A program made the position numbers and the translations under genes. DNA of 64,000 nt, from the NCBI GenBank assembly GCA_964016885.1, contig OZ024740.1, positions 344,720,001-344,784,000 on the forward strand, written 5' to 3'. Below, piece after piece: positions 13,995-27,419 of this stretch. The notes below the pieces were generated by a model. That model ran no database searches. It was not told the DNA's origin and saw only the letters and a program-made list of their open reading frames with translations. Source of the DNA: Eledone cirrhosa (taxonomy: Eukaryota). Every line of letters starts with the position of its first letter. Within the stretch, counting starts at the first letter, position 1.

Positions 13995-14163
13995 GGTGGT
14001 TTGGCAGTATCTGTAGAGAGTCGGATACCATACTTTGACGGATAGAATTACGGCCCTCGCCACCCTCAGTTCAAATCCCGCCGAGGTTATCTTTGCCTTT
14101 CATCCTTACGGGGTCGATAAAATAAAGTACCAGTAATGCCTTGTGCCAAAAGTAGAAACAATT
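13995..14163 (+). mobile_element. Nin-domain tRNA SINE
   Basis: tggcagtatc.gtagag A-box, gttcaaatccc B-box, gcctttcatccttacggggtcgataaa core, gtagaaac end. Confidence 0.9.
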
Positions 14164-14469
14164 ATTAATATTCGAAAAGCACAGATTTCCATTACTACTG
14201 TTAAATAAATTCTTGATACATAAGTAGAGAAGACAGCTTTGTATTCAATATAGAAATGGTTTCTGCAGAAATAGAAATGTAAATATGTTAGCCGCTCATT
14301 AGAGAAGCAACATCAACACTGGTAAAGAAAGAAAATTTTAACCAGGCGTTAAGGGATCGGAACAATAACACTTACATGACAAATGGAAAACACCTATATC
14401 TAATAGCTATCTGATGAGGTCGTATCTATTGCATAGTTGTTGTAATAGAAATACGCAAAGACATAATTA

Positions 14470-14696
14470 ATGATTTCTAGTATAGGCACAAGTCCAGTAA
14501 TTTGGGGGGGAGGGAAAAGTCGATTAAATCGACCCCAGTACGTTACTGGTGCTTTATTTTATTGACCCTAAAGGATGAAAGGAAAAGTTATTGAAATGTT
14601 ATTAAAAAGTTATTGAAATCAGACCGTAAAGGATCGTAACTCTATGCTGCAAAACATGGTGTCCGACTTTCTACCGATACTGCCAATCCACGGCCC
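14470..14696 (-). mobile_element. Nin-domain tRNA SINE
   Basis: Reverse complement of the same family (tttattttattgacccta aaggatgaaagg ... ctaccgatactgccaatcc). Confidence 0.85.
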
Positions 14697-15103
14697 TACA
14701 CAATGTTATAATTAATGTAGGATTCTTACAAACTGCTTTTTTAAAATATTCATTATGTATATATATATATGTGTATATTTGTATGCATGAATATATATAT
14801 GTCGTGTATCCGTTCAGTTTGAGTACTTCCAGTACGTATAAAGCCGCAGTCTCTAGCAACCACCGTTGCTCGTTTGTTCAACACTGACAAAGGAACGCTG
14901 TACTAGCCGTACTAAGAGTGGAAAATGAAATTTCGTTTCATTATTGCCGTTTATCGTTTTCGGTGCACCCGGCCGATTAACCCACTCGATATGCAAATTG
15001 GGCTACTCAGCCGTTAATATGCATAAGGAAAGTATATACTTTCGGACGTTCAACAATCTGGCAGGAAGGTATACGTTGCTGACGATAGCTAACAAGCTGG
15101 AAA

Positions 15104-16319
15104 CTAGTACAGTGTTTCTTTGTCAGTGTTGAACAAAAGAGCAACGGTGGTTGCTAGAGACTACGGCTTTATACGTACTGGAAGTACTCAAACTGAACGG
15201 ATACACGACATCCACCACAAACCGTGCCAGAAAGAACAGAGGACACCACATCCGAGGCACTAACACTTGCTTCCTGAAGCTCCCACACTTCAGTGAACAA
15301 ACAACAACAGCCATCCGCAGAGCTATCAGACGAGAGGGACTAGATATCCAACTGGCCCACTCAGGTTCTTCTCTACGCGGTCAGCTAACCAAAAGACACT
15401 CCACCAGACATGACAACTGCTGCAGACTAGCCAACTGCCCCATCAACGACATAGACCTATGCCACCAGGCTTACGTCGTATACAGACTAAAGTGTGACAA
15501 ATGCAACAACTTCTACGTAGGTAGCACCACAAGACCACTCCACATAAGAATAAAAGAACACCTCAATACTAACGCTTCCTCATTTAAGAAACACCTAGTT
15601 AAATGCAAAAACACCTACAAAACCATAACAGTTATGATAGAACTAAGGAAAGAAACATCGGCAATCTTAGAATTTAGGAAGCACTAATTATAGACAAAAC
15701 ACAATCACCAATCAATAATAGACTAGAACTCAACACCCAATTTATAACTTGATAGAGCTTCTAGCCCCATATTTACACCCCCCCCCCCACACACACACGC
15801 ACACACGCACGCACACACACACACACACACACACGCTTACACCTCCACTTATTCTCTCTCACACAGACACACACAAAACCAGTTCTAACACGAGATAACA
15901 TCTATCCCCGACATTTACGTATAGACATATCTTCTCACACTCACACACACTCACATACTTACACCTTCATGCATTCTCCCACACACTTAAACAGGCATGT
16001 ATAAAAAAATCCAAAAAAAAAACAAAAACAAAGCCCTCTTAAAGGGAAACTACTCTTTATCTACCTAATCCTAACTCTTTGACATTAGAGATAGAACAGA
16101 TACTCTTTACCATTTCCTGTCAGCATGACTTGGCAAGCTATTTAGAACACTGGTTTGACAGCTTTACTTCCCTCTGAAGAAGAGACATTATCTCGAAAAT
16201 TTAGGACATTTAAATAAATCTAATGTAAAAGACTAATTGTCAACAATATCTTTTGCATTTGCATTCTTTATTCTATGTCCATACCTGCATTGTTTTGGCT
16301 TTATTATACATATACAAAC

Positions 16320-16322
<3 letters not shown>
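15104..16322 (+). mobile_element. 5'-truncated Penelope-like element (GIY-YIG + pLTR with hammerhead)
   Basis: ORF 15151-15687: LNGY..FLKLPH..VVYRLKCDKCNNFYVGSTTRPLHIRIKEH, homologous to 23015-23587; HHR at 16171. Confidence 0.88.
16171..16205 (+). ncRNA. Minimal type I hammerhead ribozyme
   Basis: CCT-CTGAAGA-A-GAGA(CATTA)TCTC-GAAA-ATT-T-AGG: canonical core, 4-bp stem II, palindromic AATT stem III, 3-bp stem I. Confidence 0.7.
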
Positions 16323-16390
<68 letters not shown>

Positions 16391-16710
16391 ATTAGAGATG
16401 TATATATATATATATGTTTGTGTGTGATTAGTGAGGGTGAGAGAAAGGGATGAGATTGAGAGAGAATCAAAGAGCAAGAAGATTATCAGGGTATGTATAA
16501 CTGTTTAAGCGTGAGGTTTCGTGTTCGATGCAAGTTTCTCTACCACCATAGCTTCAGGATATTTGAAACTCGTGAGGGAGTTGAAATTTACTGAAATTAT
16601 ATGGAATCACCGCGGGTGGATTTAGAAATATTGGAAATCACTCAAACACTTACTCAAGTTACACGTTCAGTTTATCGATTAAATGAATGGTCATAGTCGA
16701 AACACGGAGA

Positions 16711-16835
<125 letters not shown>

Positions 16836-18859
16836 GATATATGTGTTGCATTTACATTTAGTTACGTTTGTGTATTGTACGTCAACACAGGACATATAGA
16901 GGGAAGAGCATGATACAGAGAGCAGAAGAAAAAGGCAGTGTGAAATAGAGAGTTGCAGGTAGAGAAACGGAAAAGCAAAAGAGAGAGAGGGGAGAGAGAT
17001 AGAAATCACATTATTATTCTGCTGACACATCAATTATATGTTCTACAGCGACGCTTTAGTTCCTTAATATTTGTATTGTTTGAATATCGCTGTTTTAGCT
17101 GCCTGAAAATAGATATTTTTATTGTTAATGAAGAACAATAAATGATCCCGACATCAATAAGCAATGAATATTGGTCTCTATCAAATCTACAAATGTATAT
17201 TATTTAAAAACATTCAGGAAATTTATTAATCCGATTTTAAACTGATTGAACAAGGGACTCTGAAGGGCAGATATTTTTTAATACACTTGAGGCTCTGAGT
17301 TCCTTGAGAGAAAACAAATTCTTAAACGGTAAACTGAACCTAAATCATTGTAATAAACCGAACTTCTCTAAATGCCTATAATACACACACTGTAGTGATA
17401 AGTTAAGTCTGTCACCCAATGCTTCAAACGGCAAGCAGCTGGAACATATTCCTCACCATATCTCGTTTGGCTCTCTAATAAATCCGATATTCTTACACTT
17501 ATACTTGAGCTATAGTTTATCAATCACTGAAGGATGCAAGGCAAAAATGACCACAGTTGATTTTAAAATCAAATCACTCAAGTGTTGGAAGAAAAACCGC
17601 ATGTCATCTTATCCTGGGCTGTCATTTGTCTGCCAAATCTAGTTTCGGAGCAGTGCATGGAAATATATGACCTCACACAATTGCTTATGTCAAAGATGCA
17701 GCCCTTTTCGTGGTTGCTTACTTTGATACTTGGAAATTATCTGTTATGTACCCCCTTCTGTCATATAAATACGGAAGGCGAAAGAATAATTTAGACCATC
17801 GCTAAAACATTCATAGGCACGGAAAAATGTTTCTCTCTCCCGGAGTATTTTGCACGATTGTGTAACGCTATTGTTTATAGAGATCGACTGTTGTTACAGA
17901 GTTATTTTCTGCTTTTGAAGTCTCGCGTGTTCAAGTTTCATATCACCCAAGTGCTTCCACATTGCATACGATTAGTTTACTTCGAGTTCTCGAGCATGCT
18001 GTGGAGTATAGCCTCTTAAGTTTAACGGAATTTGTTGTTTGTTATCTCTTAGCGTAATGTCTAAAACACACGACTGGTATTAAATACATATGGAATTTGT
18101 GTCTTCGTAGTAGGTTCTAGTAATTTTTTTCAGTCTCTACCCTATTTATGAAAGCTATTGTTTATAGCATTTGATTTTTTTTTTTTTTCAGTTAGGTTCT
18201 CCGTGGAAATTTTCAATACAATTAAGCGCTTCGATATTTCATAAGATATAAATATATATACGTGTGTGTATCGTTGTTTTTGTATGTGCGGCTGTATGTG
18301 TATAGATCTCGCTACACTGTGGTGCAATTCTAGAGGGCTTAAATGTTTCAATATGCCTAACCGATTTATACACGACGAAAAGATATTAAACTCGTACAGA
18401 TATGTTTATGTAATTCCTAAGATGATACTCACAAACGCACAATATTCTATGTGTAATGAGAGAGATACTCAGAACACGTACTGTTGCTTTTATACTAAAT
18501 AATATTGAAATGTACAGTGATTCACTGACATGTTTCTATGCGTAGAGAGTGTCTCGATCACAGAGATATTCCTGTGTACACACATTATATTTATGTCAAA
18601 TTTTCACACAAATGTTGGCACATTTTAAGAGATCATAGGAAATTTATATCTCATAACATGAATCACTAAACACAAGATAACTCGAAAGAGATATATCATG
18701 ACCTCTGTATATATATTTTGTCCAATAGATATATTTGGTTATACAAAAAAATCACTTCAATGCCTGCATAATTCTCACTATCTACCTATTTTTCTGTCTA
18801 TCTACATCCTTATCTATTTATCCCCTCTTTCTCTCGCTTTCTCTCTCTCACTCTCTCTC

Positions 18860-18930
<71 letters not shown>

Positions 18931-19236
18931 ACATATACATATACATGGTTATATATATCAATGCATACATAGCGGATACGTTAGGGTTTTGTTTGGTAAG
19001 CCGGTTTATTAGTGAGCATCGACGGCTATAAAGAAGGAAAATGATTTTCGTATACTGTATACTAAAATAGAATAGTGATAATAAAAACGATGATAATAAT
19101 GATGAGTTGGATAATATTAATAACACCAATGATAATCATAACACATGTATTAATGATGGTATTAATACTAGAAAATTAATATTATTATCATAGGGACTGA
19201 ATACCTATTAAACATAGAAATCTCTCATTATTAATA

Positions 19237-19278
<42 letters not shown>

Positions 19279-19294
19279 TATTATTATTATTATT

Positions 19295-19348
<54 letters not shown>

Positions 19349-20049
19349 TATCATTATTTTACTATTAGGTGGTGAATATTACAATGAAAGAGGCATTTAC
19401 GGATAAAGAGGGAAAAAAATCACGTGAATGAATTTTCTTCTGATGTACCAATTGATCTGTGATTAGTGACCATCATTCAATATCCGTATTTATACTGCGG
19501 CTCTTATCCTTCCCCGTATTACCTTCTATTCACACTCAGTTATTTCGCTGTAATATACATTTTGTACTTTTAACTCTCTTCTTTCTCTAACCTCGTCGAT
19601 TAGGATGATCGATTTATCAAAATGATAGGATGAATTTATGTCATCTTCGTCTATATTTCAGATAAAAGAATCAAATGTTTTACGTGTAATGTCAAATTTA
19701 TCAGATATAATCTCTCTTACTATCCTACGGAGAAACGCCTTCTCCATTCTGTCCGCTGGGGCTGTGGGGAAGCCAGCACATGGGACCCCATTTGCTCACA
19801 ATACAGAGAGATCGGGAGGGGGAGATATGGAGGTGATGACAGTGGGAGTTCGGCTCTTCCACGTTTGGGCCATATCCTTCTGGTTGTATTCATTATCTAT
19901 ATATAACTATATAACCTTTCTGTATTATATTTTGGTTAAATACATATTTTACGACAATGATGTATGAATTTCGTAGATATTACCATGTGAAAGAACCACC
20001 CTTCTCTCTACTTATCTATTTCCTCTCTCTCCCTCTCTCTCTCTCTTCT

Positions 20050-20080
<31 letters not shown>

Positions 20081-20139
20081 ATATACATATATATATCTAT
20101 CTATCTCTATCTATCTGCTAATGTATCTCTCATATAATA

Positions 20140-20270
20140 ATTGATTCTACTTTTAGCACGAGGCCAGCAATAACCAGTGTATTACTGGTACTTTATTTTA
20201 TCGACCCCGTAGGATGAAAGGCAAAGTCAACCTCGGCGGGATTTGAACTCAGATCGTAAAGGGACGTAAG
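20140..20270 (-). mobile_element. Nin-domain tRNA SINE (5'-truncated)
   Basis: ctttattttatcgaccccgtaggatgaaaggcaaagtcaacctcggcgggatttgaactc. Confidence 0.9.
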
Positions 20271-20273
20271 ACA

Positions 20274-20650
20274 CACCTCATTCTGGAAGGCCAATCTCGT
20301 CAACAAGTGGAAGTTGTGCAAGAGGTGATGGTTAAAAGATCACCGATTAAGTGAGAGCATAATAGCAGAAGATACCGTCTGCGATAAAAATACTGTTCAC
20401 AGAATTTTGACTGACCATTAGCACATGCGGAAAATTTGTGCAGAACTAGTGCCCAAACATATGTCTGTGGAGCAGTCTCGAAATTGAGCCAAATGTCTGG
20501 GATAAAGTAATAACAGGAGATGAAATATGGGTGTTTGAGTACGATCCTGAACAGCAAAGATACAAAATGGCAAAGTGAGGAGTGTCATAGGAAAATTCTC
20601 CTCGTCCAAAGAAAGCACGAATTAGCAGATCTAAGATGGAAACTATGATT
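20274..20650 (+). pseudogene. Mariner transposase fragment
   Basis: Manual translation across frameshifts: PHSGRP..DHRLS..MRKICAELVPKHMS..KVITGDEIWVFEYDPE..SPRPKKARISRSKM. Confidence 0.85.
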
Positions 20651-20866
20651 TCCGATAGCCTTGAAAGTCCAGCGAGTCCGCACGGACATTGCAGGAGATA
20701 GGGTACTGCACTTCGATAACGCCACAGTTGTTAGATAAATATCTCTTGTAATATAAATATATTTAACTTTAAATTTCGCATGGGGATAATAATTTAACAA
20801 TACACAATGCACAACTACAAAGCACTTGCACACATACATAAACATGATACGCACACACACACACAC

Positions 20867-20977
<111 letters not shown>

Positions 20978-21576
20978 AAAAGCCAAAAGTCTGAGAGATT
21001 AGAGAAATCTGTATTGCGTCGAAATTTGTTATATCCCAAAAGTAATGAACCAAGCGGAAAACGAGGCAAAAAATGAACAGACGAGACACTACATCCCACT
21101 TTGTAAATGTTTTGTCTCATTTTCCACGTATTAACATAACTTTGCGTTATCACATATTTTTGGTTTAATATGTGACTATGTATCTATTCCTCGTTTGCCA
21201 AACGTTTGTCTCCCTCTACAGGATTCTCTTTCGCAATGCCTATTCGAACATATTCCTTGTTCTCTATAAGATTCGATAGAGGCGATTCTACACACACACA
21301 CCCTCGCTCTTCCTAGGTACTTATCACGGAGGACGCATCTTTGCTGTGAGTCCCCATGTTATCCACTTATCCTTCCGCTAACCGTCCTACTCTTTATGTC
21401 ATTTCCATTAGTCTTCGAAATCTCGAAATTTCTTGGTAGGACTGTAAGCTATGGTTTTCTGACTGTTTAGGCAACGTTCCTGTAAAAAACTGTTTTGTTA
21501 TTTTTGTTTTTCATATTCCCCAGCTTTTCACCCGTGTCTGTATTTTCCCCTTTGTTCGGCCTTTGTCCTATTTCCC

Positions 21577-21995
21577 ACTTGTAGTGGAGTCTGTGCTGCT
21601 GTAGAGGTCTGAGACTTGGGCACTGACCAAGTAACTCACTCAGATGGTGGATAGGTGCTATACAAGAATATTGAGGATGGCTCTGAACATTAATCAGTAT
21701 ACATTGAGGATGAAGAACTCAGACCTGTACGGGATCCTCCCAAAAGTCAGCTCAAAAGTGACACAGAGGAGACTGAGGTTAGCTGGACATGCTCACCGAC
21801 ATCTAGAGTTGACACTGCACTCAGTGCTCCTGTGGGAGACCCTGCATGGATACAATGGAGGAGGAAGACCGAGGTTGTGTTGGTGCCCTGAGGACGGACA
21901 CTGGTCTCTTGGGGACGTGGGACATGGCAGCGATGTTGGGGGACAGAGACCGCTGGAGAGAGCTCGTCCATGGATCTCGGGAATTTTACCCGCCC
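21577..21995 (+). mobile_element. RTE-clade LINE 3' fragment
   Basis: VESVLL.RSETW, then YTRILRMALNI..RRLRLAGHAHRH..VLLWE..GRPR (21644-22012). Confidence 0.85.
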
Positions 21996-22008
21996 TATAT
22001 ATATATAT

Positions 22009-24292
22009 GTAAATATCTTTAAGTCGTTTGGAATCCTCGACAATGCAAATGGGTAAATCTCCGTGTAACAAGATCCGGTGGTGGAGAGAGAGATGTAAGT
22101 GGGTGTACGTTGAGATGCATGGTGTGTATAAGATGTTTAAGATGTGTAGAAGAATGAAGGGAAGAGTATAAAGGATAAAATAAAAATAAAAATAACAACA
22201 CAAGAGAGAGTTACCTTGGGAGAGATTTAATTTCATGGCTGCTAGCCAGAATACTCAAACCTATCTTAGATACCTTGCCGGGACACGTTAACAGCTCCGA
22301 GGAGGTGTTGAAGCGCCTGCACTAAATGGATCCCGAAACCAGAAGGAATAACAGATATGCCTTCAGCCTTGATGTAGTCTCTCTCTACACCTCGGTCCCG
22401 GCACTCCCGACCGTCAATATACTGATGGAACGCGTCCAATCCACCGACCTACACTGCTTCGGGCTCACCACCACTGACATCCACCAACTCCTATCCATCG
22501 TCGTCGACAACACCTACTTTGGATTCCTTGACCAAACATACCAACAAACCTCGGGATTGCCCATGGGATCAAGCCTATCAGGTGTGCTAGCGATCTCTTA
22601 CATGGACAACCTCGAACACAAGGCACTCAACGCCTGCCACCCCAACGCCGTAGCCTTTTTCTCAAGGTACGTGGACGATATCCTCATCCTCACATATTCC
22701 CAAGACACGGCGAACAGAATCTATGAGACGTTCAACAACACGGACGAGAACATTGACTTCAGTGTTGAACACCCCAACGAAGACACGAAGACGGGTCACT
22801 TGCCCTCCTCGACTTCCGAATCAACATCACGGAACAGGGAAGGACACACTGCAACTTCTACAGAAAGGCAGCCTGCAGGGACCTGTTCATTCACTACAAG
22901 TCCACCCTCCCTAACAGTGCCAAAAGAGGATACATCACGAACGAGATCGCGCGAATCAAAAACAGATGCAGCGATCCCGCGTGTGGTGTCACTCATACCA
23001 AGCGATTCCTCGAGGTGCTGGAGACGAACGGGTACCCTACCTCGATCACAGACAGAATAGGAGACACCAGAGACAAGAGACAGAGAGGCACCCAAGGCAA
23101 GTGCTTCCTTAAAATGCCACACCTGTGCGAGAATACCACCAACGCTATCCGCAAGGCTACACGGAGGGAGGGCCTCGACATTCACCTGGCCCACTCGGGC
23201 CCCTCCCTGCGAAGATGCCTCTCCAGGAAACCCGGGAAATCTACTGACGCATGCTCCCTCAGAGACTGCCCGATACGCCATGCGAACTGGTGCCTACGCA
23301 CATACGTTGTGTATCAGATAGAATGTGACAGGTGCAACCAATACTACATAGGTAGCACAATCCGACCTTTGCACATCCGGATCAAGGAACACACTAAAAC
23401 CAGGGCCTCGTCCTTCCGGAAACACATAGACAAATGCGGAAACAAAGACGGAGGGCCCATTCTCACAATTCTAGCGACTGAAAGAAACGTCGGCACGTTA
23501 CGTATCAAGGAAGCGCTTTTTATCAAACGGCTGCAACCGCAAATAAACAACCGATCAGAGAGAAGCGAAATGAGATGGCTGGTTTAAGTTAACAAACGAT
23601 GCAGCAACACACAACACACACACACACACACACACAAACGAGACAACTACACACACACACGCACGCACACACAGTAGCATTCCACCATACGAACATACTA
23701 CACTGCCAATACAGAGGAACAAGGCAACAACACATGCATACACACACACACTCAAGCGAGGCAACAACACACGCACACACACACACAGTAACATTTAACA
23801 AACAGGCAGAGAATGGACTGACAGCTAGCGCCACCCCACTCCCTCATTCGGCCGCTGACCTCTGCCCGACCGACCCCATTTCACGCGCACGCGCGCTCTG
23901 CCGAATACCTCAGATATTCAAAACAACAAACAGCAGAGGACGCGTTTCACACCTGTCCGACAGACAACCTTTTCCCCCAGCCCGGAAAAAAACCCCAGTT
24001 GATGGATGTGAATCCGAAATATATAGCGACTATTAAATCTCTCCAAAGGTAACTCTCTCTTGTGTTTTTATTTTTATTTTTTTTTATCCTTTATACTCTT
24101 CCCTTCATTCTTCTACACATCTTACGCATCTTCTACACTCCACGCATCTCAACGTACACCCACTTACAACTCTCTCTCCACCACCGGATCTTGTTACCCG
24201 GAGATTTACCCATTTGCATTGTCGAGGCTTCCAAACGACTTAAAGATATTTACTTATTATTCCACAATGCTTCAAGCAAACTTCAATACTCT

Positions 24293-24297
<5 letters not shown>
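22009..24297 (+). mobile_element. 5'-truncated Penelope-like element (RT + GIY-YIG) with inverted pLTR
   Basis: FSLDVVSLYTSVP, GLPMGSSLSG, RYVDDIL (22326-22800); frameshift; GIY-YIG YVVYQIEC..YIGSTIRPLHIRIKEH (23015-23587). 22009-22232 is the reverse complement of about 24032-24253. Confidence 0.93.
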
Positions 24298-24356
<59 letters not shown>

Positions 24357-25662
24357 ATGTGTGTGCGTGTATGTATATATATATATATATATGATATTTT
24401 TATGTTTGGTATTCTTTGGGTTATTAGTTTCTCGAATGTACATAGAAATACACATACATGAAACAAAATAAAAAAATTGTAAATCATCAAATATAAATAT
24501 ATACGCGGAAACTTTGCGGTGTGCTTGTATGCCCCACAAAATCATTTCAGTTGTATTTCGAGATAATTTGATATTTTGTCTTCAATTGTTATTTCAAAAA
24601 ATAATTTCCTCTGTCTAATCTTCTTATTGATGGATTCTCAAGAGATACACCACTATTATCAATAATATGAGGATTATGAAATCGCTATGTATTATAATTT
24701 GTATTTTATCTATACTACTATCCAGAATTTTAAAAATTATATTCTAAGCACTTATTGACGAAGTTTTTTTTTAGAGGAAACCGTTATAGAAGCTAGTAAA
24801 ATGAAGTGTTCCGCCTCATATTGAAATGTCCCTGTTAACTTTTCCCGAATATCCGATCATTTAAAATTCTCCTGCCTAACGTGTGTGGGAGCATGATATT
24901 GTAGCCCACAAAAAAAAAAAATTAAATTCAAAGATTAATCCTATGAATTGTCAATCCAGAAACATATTTACTTAATTCACTTAGGCAGTTCATTCACTTT
25001 ACGTTCATTGCCCAATATGAAGTATTTCAAAGATATTTATTGAAAAACTACCTACTGTTTGGGAGACAAAGGATTTGTACGATTCAGATTAATTTAATGT
25101 GGCTCGTTACACTATGTAATAATACGTCACCGCTGACACCATATAATCAAATGGGACCAAATTCATATGGTATTCGTTGTCAAATGTGGACCTTGAAGAT
25201 ATATTGATTATTATTATTATTATATTTTCTTTTCGAAAATTGATTCCTGGGGTTTTACCGATTTTAAGAGTTATCAAAACTAAAAACAAAAAAGGTATTG
25301 CTAGAGAAAGGATCAATTAGAACTATTTTCTCCGAATTTAAATGTGTAAAGTGCCGAGATTTAGTATAAAGAAGCGCATGAGAATGTATTATCGAAATAG
25401 TTGAATTTTAAGAAAATATTAATATCGGGGAATATTTTTTTTTAAATTTACAATCATACACAATGCAATACTTTACTCCTAGTTCAAATATATTAAATGG
25501 CAGTAAATTATGGTGCACATTCAGGTAGGGTAATCAAACACCCAGAGCAAAGTTTCAAGATGCGAAAAAGAAAATATAATTCTCCCGAGAAAACATTATG
25601 GTTGGGTCAAATAAGTTATAAGATATCTAGGAACACCCTACATTAGTTATTAGATAAAGTTT

Positions 25663-25693
<31 letters not shown>

Positions 25694-26215
25694 CATACAT
25701 ACTTTTAAGTACTTCTTTGAGTTTCAGTTTTTTGTGTGTGTCTGAGTGTGTATGTGTTTGTATCCCAAGGCATTGAAATCAGAATCACCCGACTAGGTAA
25801 TGTTGTCCCAGTAGAACCATATTTCCGTTCCTCCACACATTATACATTTCAATCTTTTGCTTTAGAAACGCGTCTTAAAATTTGCTCAGTTTGCCACCTG
25901 AATTGATGATTTGATGTAACATCTAGACACCGAAAAAACACGCATACACACATAGGCAAGTACAGGCCATAGACACACACACACACAGCCACACGCGCGC
26001 GCATACGCACACACACACAACCACACGCGCGCGCACACACACACACGCATTCCCGCAAGATGTCTGTCCAATTCTTTTCTGTATCAAGGGATATCTTACC
26101 AGACATATTCAACTATTATAATTGTGAACGTTTTTATGTTTATTTCTCTGCTTCGTGGCTGACATTTTCAAATTCAAAATCAAACCTATGCTTCATAAAC
26201 TATCCACATATTTAT

Positions 26216-26256
<41 letters not shown>

Positions 26257-26482
26257 AACACAAAAACTGAATGTGTAGGTTCACAAGTTGTGTTTGGAGG
26301 TAATCACACTTAAAGAGGTACAGACTACAATAATAAAGTATAGTCATCTATATTATATAGAGAAGTTACTTCTAGAGGACTAGAACGCTTTCTCTCTTGT
26401 GAAATCCTCATACAAATGAAACAGTTCTAGTCCTTTTGACGTCATTTCTATCTCTATATCTGTCTCTCTCTCCATATATATA

Positions 26483-26589
<107 letters not shown>

Positions 26590-26784
26590 TTTAAAACAAT
26601 GAAATTAAACACAAAACTGTAAATTCATAGTAAAACACATTATTTTACGATCGTTTCTGGGGGGGGGGGGGGGGTAGTCGTCTGCATGTTCATTTAATTA
26701 TTGATCTATGTAAAACATATTACAAAATATCATAGTGAGAAAAGAATACATACGCCTTCACTACCCGCCGTCTTCAGAAATAAT

Positions 26785-26830
<46 letters not shown>

Positions 26831-26835
26831 CTATG

Positions 26836-27000
26836 GTTAGTTTCAGAAGATCCCGTTAAGGGTGAAAGCAGCGATTCTTTGCTTAAACTTCAATCTGTTA
26901 TTTTAATAAATATTTGCTCTACGGTTCTTATATATTTGATATATATTTATCCTTATCGAGCCCTCTTTGGATTTTAGTCTTCAAATTTATTATTATTACT
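26836..27000 (+). mobile_element. Solo 3' pLTR fragment of the Naiad-type element; another copy at 32003-32205
   Basis: Reverse complement of 5696-5860, embedded in (TA)n. Confidence 0.9.
26839..26889 (+). ncRNA. Type I hammerhead, U4A core variant (copies 5807-5857 -, 9990-10040 +, 32022-32072 -)
   Basis: AGTTT-CAGAAGA-T-CCC(GTTAA)GGG-T-GAAA-GCA(9 nt)TGC-T-T-AAACT: three complete helices. Confidence 0.75.
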
Positions 27001-27275
27001 ATATATATACATATATAAGGAAGGAAATGTGGTAAGTAACCAGGGGGACCATAACGCACCATAACGCACCAAAGTCCAGAATTAGCCGTCGAAACGGCTT
27101 GAGCTCAGCCGTCGGAGTCCTACTCGTTCCTATATATATAGGTAAGTTATTCCGGGTTGAATCGGAGGTAACCACAGTAAGTAAAGTACTCAATACATAG
27201 CAGAGTATAAGAGTTTTAATATAGATGATATTCTACAGGACTAGAACTGTTTCATACTTTAGAAATCATCAGGAA

Positions 27276-27328
27276 GAGATTCCTGATGATTTCTAAAGAA
27301 TGAAACACTTCTAGTCCTGTAGAATCTC
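27276..27328 (+). ncRNA. Type I hammerhead (copies 27231-27275 -, 12520-12564 -, 35461-35513 -)
   Basis: GAGATTC-CTGATGA-T-TTC(TAAA)GAA-T-GAAA-CA..TG-T-A-GAATCTC; stem I is TGGCTTC/GAAGCCA in the 35461 copy. Confidence 0.78.
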
Positions 27329-27351
27329 ATCTATATATGTATATATATTTA

Positions 27352-27403
<52 letters not shown>

Positions 27404-27419
27404 GGCTGCAACTCGATTT

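Noticed and set aside
14411-14465. CTGATGA followed by a long hairpin as a hammerhead
   Set aside because: No GAAA or stem III after the hairpin; the sequence is cut by a SINE, so it is at most a truncated remnant.
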